Of a DNA stretch of 34,052 nucleotides, positions 24,175 through 32,974 are shown piece after piece. The stretch lies in the IMG/VR virus record IMGVR_UViG_3300037516_000265, positions 1 to 34,052 of that record, one strand, 5' to 3'. Within the stretch, counting starts at the first letter, position 1. Each line of letters opens with the position of its first letter. The DNA comes from a virus (lineage: Duplodnaviria > Caudoviricetes). The position numbers were made by a program, and so were the translations under genes. A model generated the notes under the pieces. That model had not been told where the DNA came from and did not search any database. It was given only the letters and a program-made list of their open reading frames with translations.

Positions 24175-26027
24175 TAGTTGAATCGTTTATTTGTTGGTAA
24201 GAATCCATTGTACGGCATATCCGTTGGTCTTTGATATACGCGTTTGTCATTCGTTGGCGCAATTTCACCAGCCTTTCTAACCTTAGCTGGTGTAAGTGTT
24301 TTTGCTATTTCTTGAGCTATTGGTGAATTAGCATCTGATTTACGTAAATACGTTTCTCTCATCCATTTATGGTGGCAATCTCCACCGCCTTTGTACAACC
24401 AAATAGAGTAATTTGTAGCACCTTCTGGACCCCACCCTTCATTTACTGCTTGTGATTCCATTGCTATAATATCTTCTTTACGATAGATCTTATTTGCTTG
24501 CACCATTTTTTTGCAAAAGTCTCTAGTATTGTCAGAAACTCCTCCAACATATCTATATCTATGCTTAAAAATAGTACCATCTTGGTCTGATTTTATGTTA
24601 GGTCTTGCCGTTCCTGTAGAAACTAGATTAACAATCTTTGATAATAACGTTTTTTTAGGTGAATTTAATGCTTCAAGTTCAGCATCTAACTCATCTTCTA
24701 AGTCATAATCAACCTCTCTACTATCTATTCTAATGTATTCATGTCCATCAATCCACTCAATATGATCTTCAGCACTCATTAAAGTAGTTTCTTTTGGCTG
24801 TAAATCGCTACCACCTTTCTCAGGAACTAACCCAACAAGCGCACGAATCTCATTTGCAGTCATAGATTCAAGAACTTTATTAGCAACTAATGGAGAAAGT
24901 GAATTAATTCCATCAATAATACGTTTAGAACCACCATCCGTTAACTCTCCTGAGCTATCTAACGGCTGTAAAGGAATGAATTCAAGGTCTAAAGATATGC
25001 CGTTAAAGGTTAAAACCTTGTTTATTGATTCAATTAGAGTCTTTTGTTTAGGTTGAATTACCATGTTATCAAACAAAATAACACTATTCTTTAACTCATC
25101 TGCATTTGCACTAAATCCTGTAGTCGTAGCAATACCAAAAATAAGTGGGGAAGTTACGCAATGTCCAGTTAATATCTTACTTCTGCACTCGTCTGATAAG
25201 TATTGGTAATGTTCAGGTGCATCGTTAAGTGGCACGCTATCGATTGTAGTCTTTTTCGCTTCATCTTCGTTGAATGATACTACTATTTTCTTACCCGTAG
25301 ATCCTGTTAATTTACTTATAACACTTCTTGCTATCTCATCTTTTTGCTCATCGGATGGTATAGAATTATTAAAGTTTACTATAGTAGTCGGACTGAATCC
25401 GTTAGAAACTTCATTAATAAGATATTCACTAATTTTTTCTTCAAGTACCGTATACTCTAAAGCACCTTGGTAATCAACTCTACTGAAATACTTAGCACCT
25501 ACCGAATAAGGCTGTATCATTAATATCTCTATCTCTGAACTCCCTTCACCAAACGCATCGAATCTCTTAGGCACAAATTTCTTTGGATCTTCCCAATTAT
25601 CGGAATAGTAATAACCTACAATATTTCCATCTTTATCGCACTTCTCAGGACGCAATAACTGCACAGGGATATGATATACCTTAACAACATTCTTATGTCC
25701 TTTATCGTAATGTACTTGAAATGCACCCTGACCTAATAAATACAAGTCTTGGATAACTCTACGCAAATCATTTGCTGTAAATAGAGTCAACATCTGAGCG
25801 TAATCATTTGGCTTTTTAGACGCATCTAATGCACTTAAACCTTTTCCGTAGATTAATCTACTAATGTTGTTCACAACAGCGCTATGTGTAGCACTATTCG
25901 AATATCTATCGATTAAGAATTGGAAATAATTATTATCTTCTCCATAGTTTACCCATTCATTACGTTTGTCTTCCGTAACTACAGGCGATGTATATGCAGA
26001 TAATTCTATAACGTGGTTACTAGTCAT
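24174..26027 (-). CDS. Portal protein with C-terminal Mu gpF/SPP1 gp7-like extension
   Basis: Portal-like YGEDNNY...SATHSAVV...YGKGL, NGFSP, ILTGHCVTSPLIFGI; C-terminal RYRYVG..NTRDFC...KGGGDCHHKW. Confidence 0.8.
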   Translation of the reverse strand: MTSNHVIELSAYTSPVVTEDKRNEWVNYGEDNNYFQFLIDRYSNSATHSAVVNNISRLIYGKGLSALDASKKPNDYAQMLTLFTANDLRRVIQDLYLLGQGAFQVHYDKGHKNVVKVYHIPVQLLRPEKCDKDGNIVGYYYSDNWEDPKKFVPKRFDAFGEGSSEIEILMIQPYSVGAKYFSRVDYQGALEYTVLEEKISEYLINEVSNGFSPTTIVNFNNSIPSDEQKDEIARSVISKLTGSTGKKIVVSFNEDEAKKTTIDSVPLNDAPEHYQYLSDECRSKILTGHCVTSPLIFGIATTTGFSANADELKNSVILFDNMVIQPKQKTLIESINKVLTFNGISLDLEFIPLQPLDSSGELTDGGSKRIIDGINSLSPLVANKVLESMTANEIRALVGLVPEKGGSDLQPKETTLMSAEDHIEWIDGHEYIRIDSREVDYDLEDELDAELEALNSPKKTLLSKIVNLVSTGTARPNIKSDQDGTIFKHRYRYVGGVSDNTRDFCKKMVQANKIYRKEDIIAMESQAVNEGWGPEGATNYSIWLYKGGGDCHHKWMRETYLRKSDANSPIAQEIAKTLTPAKVRKAGEIAPTNDKRVYQRPTDMPYNGFLPTNKRFN

Positions 26028-26406
26028 TTAATATAAATTGGTTTGTTGTTGTATTTTCTATGTATTTACCATCATTTACACTATAATCTCTTACGTCTGC
26101 GAATCCTTGTGAAGCAGATACCTGAGCAGTGCAAAATATTTTACCCTTCCAAGTGTACTTGTCAATAGTACTATAGTAAAGTACGGCTTTGTATGTATGT
26201 CCTTCCTTTAATGCTGGATTGATTGTCAAGGATAAAGTATCGTAGTAGTCCCACGCAGTTGTCGCGGTGATTGTTATCACCCTAGATATATTTGTTTCTT
26301 CATCCGTAATCTGTAATTTATTAGCTCTAGGTAATGCCGCTAAGTCAGTTACTCTTTGTGTAACGACGAATCCTTGAACGGCTGTTGTAGGTTGCAATAC
26401 TATCAT
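26020..26406 (-). CDS. Hypothetical structural protein (128 aa)
   Basis: First gene after the motif at 26414-26436; KGKIFCT. Confidence 0.7.
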   Translation of the reverse strand: MIVLQPTTAVQGFVVTQRVTDLAALPRANKLQITDEETNISRVITITATTAWDYYDTLSLTINPALKEGHTYKAVLYYSTIDKYTWKGKIFCTAQVSASQGFADVRDYSVNDGKYIENTTTNQFILND

Positions 26407-26413
26407 GTTAATA

Positions 26414-26436
26414 TAACTTAAAGAATTACATTTTGT
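26414..26436 (-). promoter_or_regulatory. ACAAW-N13-AGTTA motif 7 nt before ATG
   Basis: ACAAA-ATGTAATTCTTTA-AGTTA-TATTAAC-ATG, directly after a terminator. Confidence 0.75.
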
Positions 26437-26445
26437 TTTTAATGC

Positions 26446-26476
26446 AAAAAGGGATACCGAACTTAATCGATATCCC
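26446..26476 (-). terminator. Rho-independent terminator
   Basis: GGGATATCGA-TTAAGT-TCGGTATCCC-TTTTT. Confidence 0.85.
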
Positions 26477-26502
26477 CTCTTAGCCTAGTGAACTATTTTA
26501 GA

Positions 26503-27051
26503 CTATGAAGTAACTAAAGTCGCACTTGTAAATAACGCTAACATAGCAGTTGATGTTGATGCATTCAAGAAGTTAGCAGGAACTTTCTCATCTGCTACGA
26601 AATTCAATGAATATCCTGAAGCAGATTTCATTTCACCACCTGTAGAAATTGAACCACCTACAACATCTGCACCTTGCTCAAGTCCCATAATGAAGAACTG
26701 ATCGTTGTTAGTCTGAACCACGATGTGAGGGCGTCCATAAGACAACAATTTAATTTGCTTATGCGTAGCAATATCTTGATGCTTTAATCTAATGTTTAAT
26801 TTTTGACTAAAATAAGTAGTACCAGCATTACGATCAGACACTACATCTTGGTCGAATGTATTATCCACACCTTTTAATTCGTACTTATATAAAGTATCTA
26901 CGTTAGTAATCGCTGTAATCATATCCGTATCTGTAGCATCGTACGTTACGTCAGCTCTAGCTATTTGGTAATTGATAAAGTAAACAGCTTTAAGACCACC
27001 CACCTGATCTTTGCATTGTTCTACCCTACCTTTTGCAATATCACATGCCAT
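26503..27051 (-). CDS. Major tail tube-like protein
   Basis: 182 aa, MACDI..GR...CKDQVGGLK, SGYSLNFVA; directly follows the capsid gene, flanked by terminators. Confidence 0.6.
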   Translation of the reverse strand: MACDIAKGRVEQCKDQVGGLKAVYFINYQIARADVTYDATDTDMITAITNVDTLYKYELKGVDNTFDQDVVSDRNAGTTYFSQKLNIRLKHQDIATHKQIKLLSYGRPHIVVQTNNDQFFIMGLEQGADVVGGSISTGGEMKSASGYSLNFVADEKVPANFLNASTSTAMLALFTSATLVTS

Positions 27052-27074
27052 GAGTTTATAGTTTTAATGTTTAT

Positions 27075-27103
27075 AAAAAAAGGGAGGAGTCAATCCCCTC
27101 CCC
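27075..27103 (-). terminator. Rho-independent terminator after the major capsid gene
   Basis: GGGAGGGG-ATTGA-CTCCTCCC-TTTTTTT. Confidence 0.85.
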
Positions 27104-27123
27104 TAGTATTTGTTTGCTAGTTA

Positions 27124-28077
27124 CTAATTAGCGGAGTTAGTGATTCCGTATGTTACGATATCAGAAACTGAGTGGTAGTTTACCGCGTAACCAGCTCTCA
27201 TTACAACTCTTACATTGTCATCTCCTAATGTCTCAGCAGTGTCAATCAAACGTACTTCGTTAGCATCGTTCAATAAACCACAACCGAAGAATAAGTTAGA
27301 AGTTTGAGCAGCTAACATTTGTTGTGCAGTCAATCCGTTTGCTACGAATAATGGAATACCACCATAAGTCAAAGATCCGTTAGTATACCATTGTGTACCT
27401 TTATTGTCAGTACCATTGTTAGATGTAGCAGCTACACCGAAACCACCTAATGCAGAGATGTAAGATTTAGCGATGTTTTGAGATACATAAATCTTCAAAT
27501 CGTCAGCTCCGTATACTGCAGCAGGGATAGCTTTGTAAACTTTCTCTAACTCTTCGATAACGTTTGATGCAGTAACAGTTGTTCCAGCAACCTCGTTAGC
27601 AGTTGGTAAAGCAGCGTCAGCAGTTAACAAAGTCATGATACCAGCAACTTGTCCGTCGGTAGCATTAACACCATTCCAAATAGAAGATTCAATTGCAGCA
27701 GCAACTTTCTCAACTACGAATGCAAGTAAGTAATCAGCAAAAGATTTAGCTAAAACTTTGTTTGCAGAATACCCCATTTCTTCTGATTGCCAAGAAGTGA
27801 TGTAGTCTTTTTTACATAAAGATAAATTAACTTGGAAGTTCTCTAAAGTTAATGTACGTTCTGTAATTGTTACCGTAGAAGTAGCAGAGAAATCACAGCT
27901 TGCATTTGCAAGAAGTCCGTCTGTACTCAATTTCGAAATTACCGCTTTGTAAGCGATGTTAGGCATGATAGTCATACCTCCGTTAGATAATGTGTTACCG
28001 CTTAATAAAGCAGCTTTAACCCACATTCCTGAATGTTGACCACTATATGTAGTCGTTAATGATGTGCTTGTTGCCAT
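27124..28077 (-). CDS. Major capsid protein
   Basis: 317 aa after the scaffold, followed by a strong terminator; HK97-fold-like VAAAIESSIWNG, GGIPL. Confidence 0.85.
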   Translation of the reverse strand: MATSTSLTTTYSGQHSGMWVKAALLSGNTLSNGGMTIMPNIAYKAVISKLSTDGLLANASCDFSATSTVTITERTLTLENFQVNLSLCKKDYITSWQSEEMGYSANKVLAKSFADYLLAFVVEKVAAAIESSIWNGVNATDGQVAGIMTLLTADAALPTANEVAGTTVTASNVIEELEKVYKAIPAAVYGADDLKIYVSQNIAKSYISALGGFGVAATSNNGTDNKGTQWYTNGSLTYGGIPLFVANGLTAQQMLAAQTSNLFFGCGLLNDANEVRLIDTAETLGDDNVRVVMRAGYAVNYHSVSDIVTYGITNSAN

Positions 28078-28085
28078 AGTTTATT

Positions 28086-28682
28086 TTATTTATAAATTGT
28101 TTCTAAAATGTTGTCGCGAATACTTCTCGCTTTTCCTGGTGTTAAGTCGATATGCTCGATTGTTTTTGAATTCTCAGGGTTGAACTGGATTGGTTTAGGC
28201 TCTTCTGCTAGCTCTACAACCGAATCAGTAACCTTAGAAAGCTCTACAATCTTAGCTTCTAACTCTGCAATCTTTTCTTCTAATTCAGAAAAATGTTGCT
28301 CTTCAACTTGTGAACGAACGATCTTTTTAACCTTCGCTTGTTCAGGTGTTTTTTCAGCTTCAACAGGTACTTCTGTTTCTGCTTCTTCAGTGTTCTCTTC
28401 AGCAGGTAAAGCCTCAACGATTGAGTCAATAACTCCATCTTCTTTAACTACTAAGATTTTGCCGTCTGCTAGTTCATATTCACCAACAGGAAGTGGCACA
28501 GGTTCAGCATCAGTTACAACGATAAATACGCTTTCACCTGGCTCAAACATATCAGCTTGGATAGTAGTCATACCATCTGCTAATACTTGGTCTTCTAACT
28601 TCGTGTCTAATACTTCAGGCTCTACACCTGTCAATTCAACAAGGAAGTTTTTAACCTTTTTTAAAAGTGTTTCTTTTTCCAT
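28086..28682 (-). CDS. Capsid scaffolding protein
   Basis: Very acidic; PLPVGEYELADGKILVVKEDGVI; coiled coil; immediately upstream of the capsid gene. Confidence 0.7.
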   Translation of the reverse strand: MEKETLLKKVKNFLVELTGVEPEVLDTKLEDQVLADGMTTIQADMFEPGESVFIVVTDAEPVPLPVGEYELADGKILVVKEDGVIDSIVEALPAEENTEEAETEVPVEAEKTPEQAKVKKIVRSQVEEQHFSELEEKIAELEAKIVELSKVTDSVVELAEEPKPIQFNPENSKTIEHIDLTPGKARSIRDNILETIYK

Positions 28683-28689
28683 ATATTAT

Positions 28690-28712
28690 TAACTAATTAT
28701 TAATTACTTTGT
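28690..28712 (-). promoter_or_regulatory. ACAAW-N13-AGTTA motif 7 nt before ATG
   Basis: ACAAA-GTAATTAATAATT-AGTTA-ATAATAT-ATG. Confidence 0.75.
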
Positions 28713-28718
28713 TTTAAA

Positions 28719-28889
28719 TTACCCTCTCGATTCAGAGATAACTCGCTCAACCACAACATGATTGATAGTCGCTGTAGATTGTGCAGATTCACGTCCAATT
28801 CCTTGCACATTATGCTCTTCGCAGTTAGCAATGGAGTACTTTCCATCCTTGCCTAAGCACCCTTTTTTTCTTCTTGGTTTCTTTTCCAT
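28719..28889 (-). CDS. Small Cys-containing hypothetical protein (56 aa)
   Basis: MEKKPRRKKGCLGKDGKYSIANCEEHNVQGIGRESAQSTATINHVVVERVISESRG; fills the gap. Confidence 0.7.
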   Translation of the reverse strand: MEKKPRRKKGCLGKDGKYSIANCEEHNVQGIGRESAQSTATINHVVVERVISESRG

Positions 28890-28903
28890 GGTTATTTATT
28901 TAT

Positions 28904-30253
28904 TTATACTGGTATTTTTACTACATTAAAATTAAAATCTGTTACTCTTATATCCGTAGAACTTGTATTTCTAACAAATAGTTCTACATAATCATTTGCA
29001 ACCATTTCCACAACTGCTTGTGTACTTCCTCCATGCTCAACATTGGCTGTTGCTGTTCTAATTATACCTTCACTTTCGGATATTATAGTGCCGTTTTTAG
29101 CTACTCCAATAGATATACTTTGATTCGTTCCCGCACTTCGAACCGTTGCATTCAATGTTACTAAGAATGAATTGGTAAATGCTCCATTATAGGTAAGTCT
29201 ATTCGTTGTATGTGTGAACTTTGAATTAGTTCCTGAAGTTGTTGTACCCGATGCTTTAACCCATGTATTTACGTTAGGTGTACCAATAGCAGTGTCCGTA
29301 CCATTGTTAAGCATATACATAAATCCTTTAGTCGATGTATTCGTTAACCCTACACAATTAACGAATAAAGCTTTATTATCCGTATATGTCACACCACTTG
29401 TATATGTACCGCCACCTGAGAAATTTACCGTATCTAAAATGTATCTCTCACTAGAAATCGTAGCACTCGCATTAACATTTATTCCTGTCTCACCACTCAA
29501 CACTACGAATGAAGAATATATGATTCTAAATCTTCTACTCACAGTTAGTGTACTTGGAAGGATTAATGCAGTCGAAGTCGTAGCACAATCAAATAAGCAG
29601 TTGCTCATTCCAATAGTTCCAATTGTACCATCAAAAGTTAGGTTACCACTATTCAAGAAAGCACTATCACTCATTACAAAGTTTGTATAGTCTTTAATAG
29701 TTCCAACCGTAGCACAATCCGTAAAGTTCACTCCGAACCAATCTAGTGCAGTAGTAGTGCCATCACCATCTAGATTTAAAGCAGTGCCGTGAGTGATTGT
29801 GATATTTCTAATTGGTAACGAATATACCGATGTAATTAATGCAGTCGATGAACTTAGTCCCGTAGATTTAAGAATACAATTCTCAGAAGATCCACCGATA
29901 ATAACACTATTCACACCAGCTACTATTCTATCCCCTGTTAAGTCAATTGTCTTTGTAATGAAGTATGTATAGTTATTAGCTAATGTAATTACACCACTAA
30001 CTGGTGTAGGTAAATCTAGTTTAGAAAAAACAAATACAAATTCATTTCCAGCCAAACCTGTAGACGTTGGAAATAATTCAACAATCGTGCTATCATAACG
30101 CGTGTAGTTTAATCCGTTTACTGTATCTAAATATAACTCACCCTCGTAAATATCACTAGCTAACCACGTTCCATCTGTATGGTCTGAGCTACTTGGAATA
30201 GTTGGAGTACCAGCACCTTTTTTTATTATTATCCTTCTTGTTTCGTTAGCCAT
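28904..30253 (-). CDS. Fibre/spike-like virion protein (beta-helix-like body, C1q/BclA-like C-terminus)
   Basis: 449 aa, T/S/G/N-rich; N-terminal GELYLDT anchor; C-terminal NRLTYNG...VEMVANDYVELFVRN. Confidence 0.65.
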   Translation of the reverse strand: MANETRRIIIKKGAGTPTIPSSSDHTDGTWLASDIYEGELYLDTVNGLNYTRYDSTIVELFPTSTGLAGNEFVFVFSKLDLPTPVSGVITLANNYTYFITKTIDLTGDRIVAGVNSVIIGGSSENCILKSTGLSSSTALITSVYSLPIRNITITHGTALNLDGDGTTTALDWFGVNFTDCATVGTIKDYTNFVMSDSAFLNSGNLTFDGTIGTIGMSNCLFDCATTSTALILPSTLTVSRRFRIIYSSFVVLSGETGINVNASATISSERYILDTVNFSGGGTYTSGVTYTDNKALFVNCVGLTNTSTKGFMYMLNNGTDTAIGTPNVNTWVKASGTTTSGTNSKFTHTTNRLTYNGAFTNSFLVTLNATVRSAGTNQSISIGVAKNGTIISESEGIIRTATANVEHGGSTQAVVEMVANDYVELFVRNTSSTDIRVTDFNFNVVKIPV

Positions 30254-30506
30254 TATTTATAGTATTTGAATTTTTAGAAACTCCATTTAATCCACCTGTC
30301 AATTGTGGTACATCCTCATCTTGATTATTAACGCCACCACTTAATATCGTGTTGTTAGTTGTGTAAGTACTTGGCAATCCATCCATGAAGTTGGTGAGTG
30401 ATATCTTCTTAGGTACATCACTCGTAGCATCATCCAAATAAATACTATCCGTACTATCTAATGTAGTTACATCTTTGTATCGTACGAAATATGGAATTTC
30501 ACTCAT
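30246..30506 (-). CDS. Small structural/hypothetical protein (86 aa)
   Basis: ORF track; coupled to both neighbours. Confidence 0.65.
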   Translation of the reverse strand: MSEIPYFVRYKDVTTLDSTDSIYLDDATSDVPKKISLTNFMDGLPSTYTTNNTILSGGVNNQDEDVPQLTGGLNGVSKNSNTINNG

Positions 30507-31075
30507 AGTTTGCCAAGTAGTTCTTTAATCTCATTCATAATATCATCTTGCATTTCTAACTGCTCTAATCCATCGTATTTACCCTCTATGCTGAATCCGT
30601 TGAATTTACCATCTTTTATCCCTTGGTAAACTTCTTCATTGTAAACTTTCATCTTTACAACCCACGATCCAAGTGGTGCATTAAGTTTATATAGGTTTGA
30701 TTTATCATTCTTAGTATCCTCAACAATCCAGGACTCAATTAATGCTACACCATCAACGTTTTCTGCATGGTCTACTGTTACATTATTTCCGTACAATTTC
30801 TTCATATAAAGCTCCTGAGTCTTAGCGATTGTTTCAGCGCTAAATGAGACCGTGAATTCCTTATCTTTTATACGTCTTAAAATCTTCTTTTCAGGGACCA
30901 ATGCAAGCCCAATTACCTCACGTTTATTCTCGTCAATTACTTTCATCTCAACTTCCATTTCAGAAAGCAAAATGAAATCTTCCTCAATCGCAGGTCTGTC
31001 CACAAAACTTATTGCGAAGACACCTTGTTCTTTCTCGTCCTTAATTGTAAGCTCTATATTCTGTAACTTTTCCAT
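30503..31075 (-). CDS. Prohead protease, XkdF/Peptidase_S78_2-like
   Basis: AISFVDRPAIE, TVDH, LIESWIV, PLGSW, GKFNGFSIEG. Confidence 0.85.
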   Translation of the reverse strand: MEKLQNIELTIKDEKEQGVFAISFVDRPAIEEDFILLSEMEVEMKVIDENKREVIGLALVPEKKILRRIKDKEFTVSFSAETIAKTQELYMKKLYGNNVTVDHAENVDGVALIESWIVEDTKNDKSNLYKLNAPLGSWVVKMKVYNEEVYQGIKDGKFNGFSIEGKYDGLEQLEMQDDIMNEIKELLGKL

Positions 31076-31082
31076 ATTATTA

Positions 31083-31105
31083 TAACTTAAATTGTAGCGT
31101 TTTGT
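31083..31105 (-). promoter_or_regulatory. ACAAW-N13-AGTTA motif 7 nt before ATG
   Basis: ACAAA-ACGCTACAATTTA-AGTTA-TAATAAT-ATG. Confidence 0.75.
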
Positions 31106-32820
31106 ATTTTTTTCTTGTCTAACATTTGCTGTGTCGTAACGTCCGAACCTACAACATACGCTTTAACTGGTGCTTGGTTTAATTGTGCTAATTGCGTTTG
31201 GTTTTGGTTGCCTATAATATTAAAGTTCGGTGTTATTGCTTGGTTGTTAGATCCACCACCACCAAGACTACCTGTGCTAGATGGAGCTGAGCTAGTATTC
31301 GCCCCGCCACCAAATTGTTGCTTTGATATATTGTTAACATTTGCTATACCTGCAGCAATAGCAACACCCGCAGCAGCAGCACCTAAAAACGGACCAACAT
31401 AAGGGATTCCTGACATTGAGGCATAGGCACCATTCGCAGCTTTATAGGTATCCATTACAGCACCAGCGATATTAGCGGCTTTCTGAATATTAAACGCTCT
31501 CTTTTGTTCTCTCTCTGACTTGCCAGCAAATGACTTTGCTAAATCACCAATTGCTGAAAATGTATTCCTAGCTATGTCAAATTGCGCGTTTTTAATTTGT
31601 TTCTCAATCTTTGCGTTTTCCTCTTTGTTTTTTAAAATTCTATTATCAAGTTCAATCTCATCGTTCATCCCTTTAGTTAGTATTGCTAACCTATCTTCTG
31701 TCGCTTTACTTAGTTCTTCAGCTTGTCTATCATTTCTTTTTTTACCTGAAGCACGCATATCACCTTCTAAATCATCAAGTGCTTTTAAATCGTCTTCGCG
31801 TTTTTTCTTGGCTTTTGCTTCTTTATCGGCATCTGTTTTAGCTCTATCTTTGTTGCCTTTTTCTGCAATCTTAGTGCTTTCAGTTTCAAACTTAGTTCTC
31901 TCAACAAGCAAGTCTTGATTGCCAGCTTTTATTTCTCCTTTTAAATCGCTGATTTCCTTTACTACTTCTTTACGTTTAGCAATGTTTTTCTTTACAAGTT
32001 CGTTATATTCCTCTTTACTTGATGCCATTACGCCTAGATCGACTTCACGTAACGCTTTTAATCTAGCTCTTGCCGATTCAATTTCTTTATATATTTGAGC
32101 GTTTGTTTTATTAGCATTTGATTCCTTTAATTTTAGAAGTTCACTTCCAGATTTTCCTTCTGCTTCGGCTAATCTAATTTTAAAATCTAGGTCTTTTTTT
32201 AATTCCTCCCTATCCTTACGCAATGCCTTTTGATGGTCTTCTAAACTTGCGTTAAGTTCGTCTTGCTTTTTTTTCGCTCTTCCTGTGAAATCTGCCCACT
32301 CTAAAATTTTAGGAAGTAGCAACCCAATCGCTATAACTAAGGCTCCTATTCCTGTAGTTATTATAGCCGCTTTTAAAGATGAGAATGCAGAAACTAAAGT
32401 TGTCTTTATAACATTCCCTAAATTGACAAAGGAATCTTTAGCAGCCATTATTCCATTGATACCTTCTGACAATGCCATTGCAGATTGTACTTTCAATAAA
32501 GTCTTTTGTACGGCTTCACCTTCAACACCAACCAAACCAAGTGCGCCTTCGAACGCTTGGAACCCATTTAAAACACCACTAATAGAAGTTGATAAAGCAT
32601 TGAATTTAGCGTCAGGATTGAACGCGTCCGTTAAGGCTTTTGCATCTCCAATAGCGTCTTTAAGTTGTGCCGCTTTCTTCGCTGCTTCTGTAGCCTCTTT
32701 AGAAGTAATGCCAAACTTTTCCGAAAGTGTCTGTACTTCTTGTTGTGCTTCCTTTAATTGTGCTTTAAGGGATTGTGCGTTTGTCTTTACTTCGAGTTCA
32801 ATTACTTTCTTTTCTGCCAT
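31087..32820 (-). CDS. Tape measure protein
   Basis: 577 aa, Ala/Lys-rich coiled coil with hydrophobic segments (IITTGIGALVIAIGLLL; PFLGAAAAGVAIAAG); C-terminal VKAYVVGSDVT. Confidence 0.75.
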   Translation of the reverse strand: MAEKKVIELEVKTNAQSLKAQLKEAQQEVQTLSEKFGITSKEATEAAKKAAQLKDAIGDAKALTDAFNPDAKFNALSTSISGVLNGFQAFEGALGLVGVEGEAVQKTLLKVQSAMALSEGINGIMAAKDSFVNLGNVIKTTLVSAFSSLKAAIITTGIGALVIAIGLLLPKILEWADFTGRAKKKQDELNASLEDHQKALRKDREELKKDLDFKIRLAEAEGKSGSELLKLKESNANKTNAQIYKEIESARARLKALREVDLGVMASSKEEYNELVKKNIAKRKEVVKEISDLKGEIKAGNQDLLVERTKFETESTKIAEKGNKDRAKTDADKEAKAKKKREDDLKALDDLEGDMRASGKKRNDRQAEELSKATEDRLAILTKGMNDEIELDNRILKNKEENAKIEKQIKNAQFDIARNTFSAIGDLAKSFAGKSEREQKRAFNIQKAANIAGAVMDTYKAANGAYASMSGIPYVGPFLGAAAAGVAIAAGIANVNNISKQQFGGGANTSSAPSSTGSLGGGGSNNQAITPNFNIIGNQNQTQLAQLNQAPVKAYVVGSDVTTQQMLDKKKIQNATI

Positions 32821-32974
32821 TGTACTTTGCTTTCAATAATAACTCTCTTTTCCCTTGTTTGTAGTTTACGCGAAAACTATCCGATAATAGATATTTTCCC
32901 TTTGCAATGTCTATGCTTTCACTAATTCCGTAGAAATTATCTATCTTTAAAAGTGCTATTATTTGCTCTATCAT
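32798..32974 (-). CDS. Small hypothetical protein (58 aa)
   Basis: MIEQIIALLKIDNFYGISESIDIAKGKYLLSDSFRVNYKQGKRELLLKAKYNGRKESN; ATGA-coupled. Confidence 0.7.
   Translation of the reverse strand: MIEQIIALLKIDNFYGISESIDIAKGKYLLSDSFRVNYKQGKRELLLKAKYNGRKESN
32840..32862 (-). promoter_or_regulatory. ACAAW-N13-AGTTA motif upstream of the tape measure gene
   Basis: ACAAA-CAAGGGAAAAGAG-AGTTA, 19 nt before the ATG at 32820. Confidence 0.45.

Noticed and set aside
28108-28692. 194-aa plus-strand ORF, and the other plus-strand ORFs (e.g. 29214-29690, 31520-31918, 32285-32839, 23559-23897)
   Set aside because: Antisense shadows of well-supported minus-strand genes; Ser/Phe/Leu-biased composition, no motifs or expression signals
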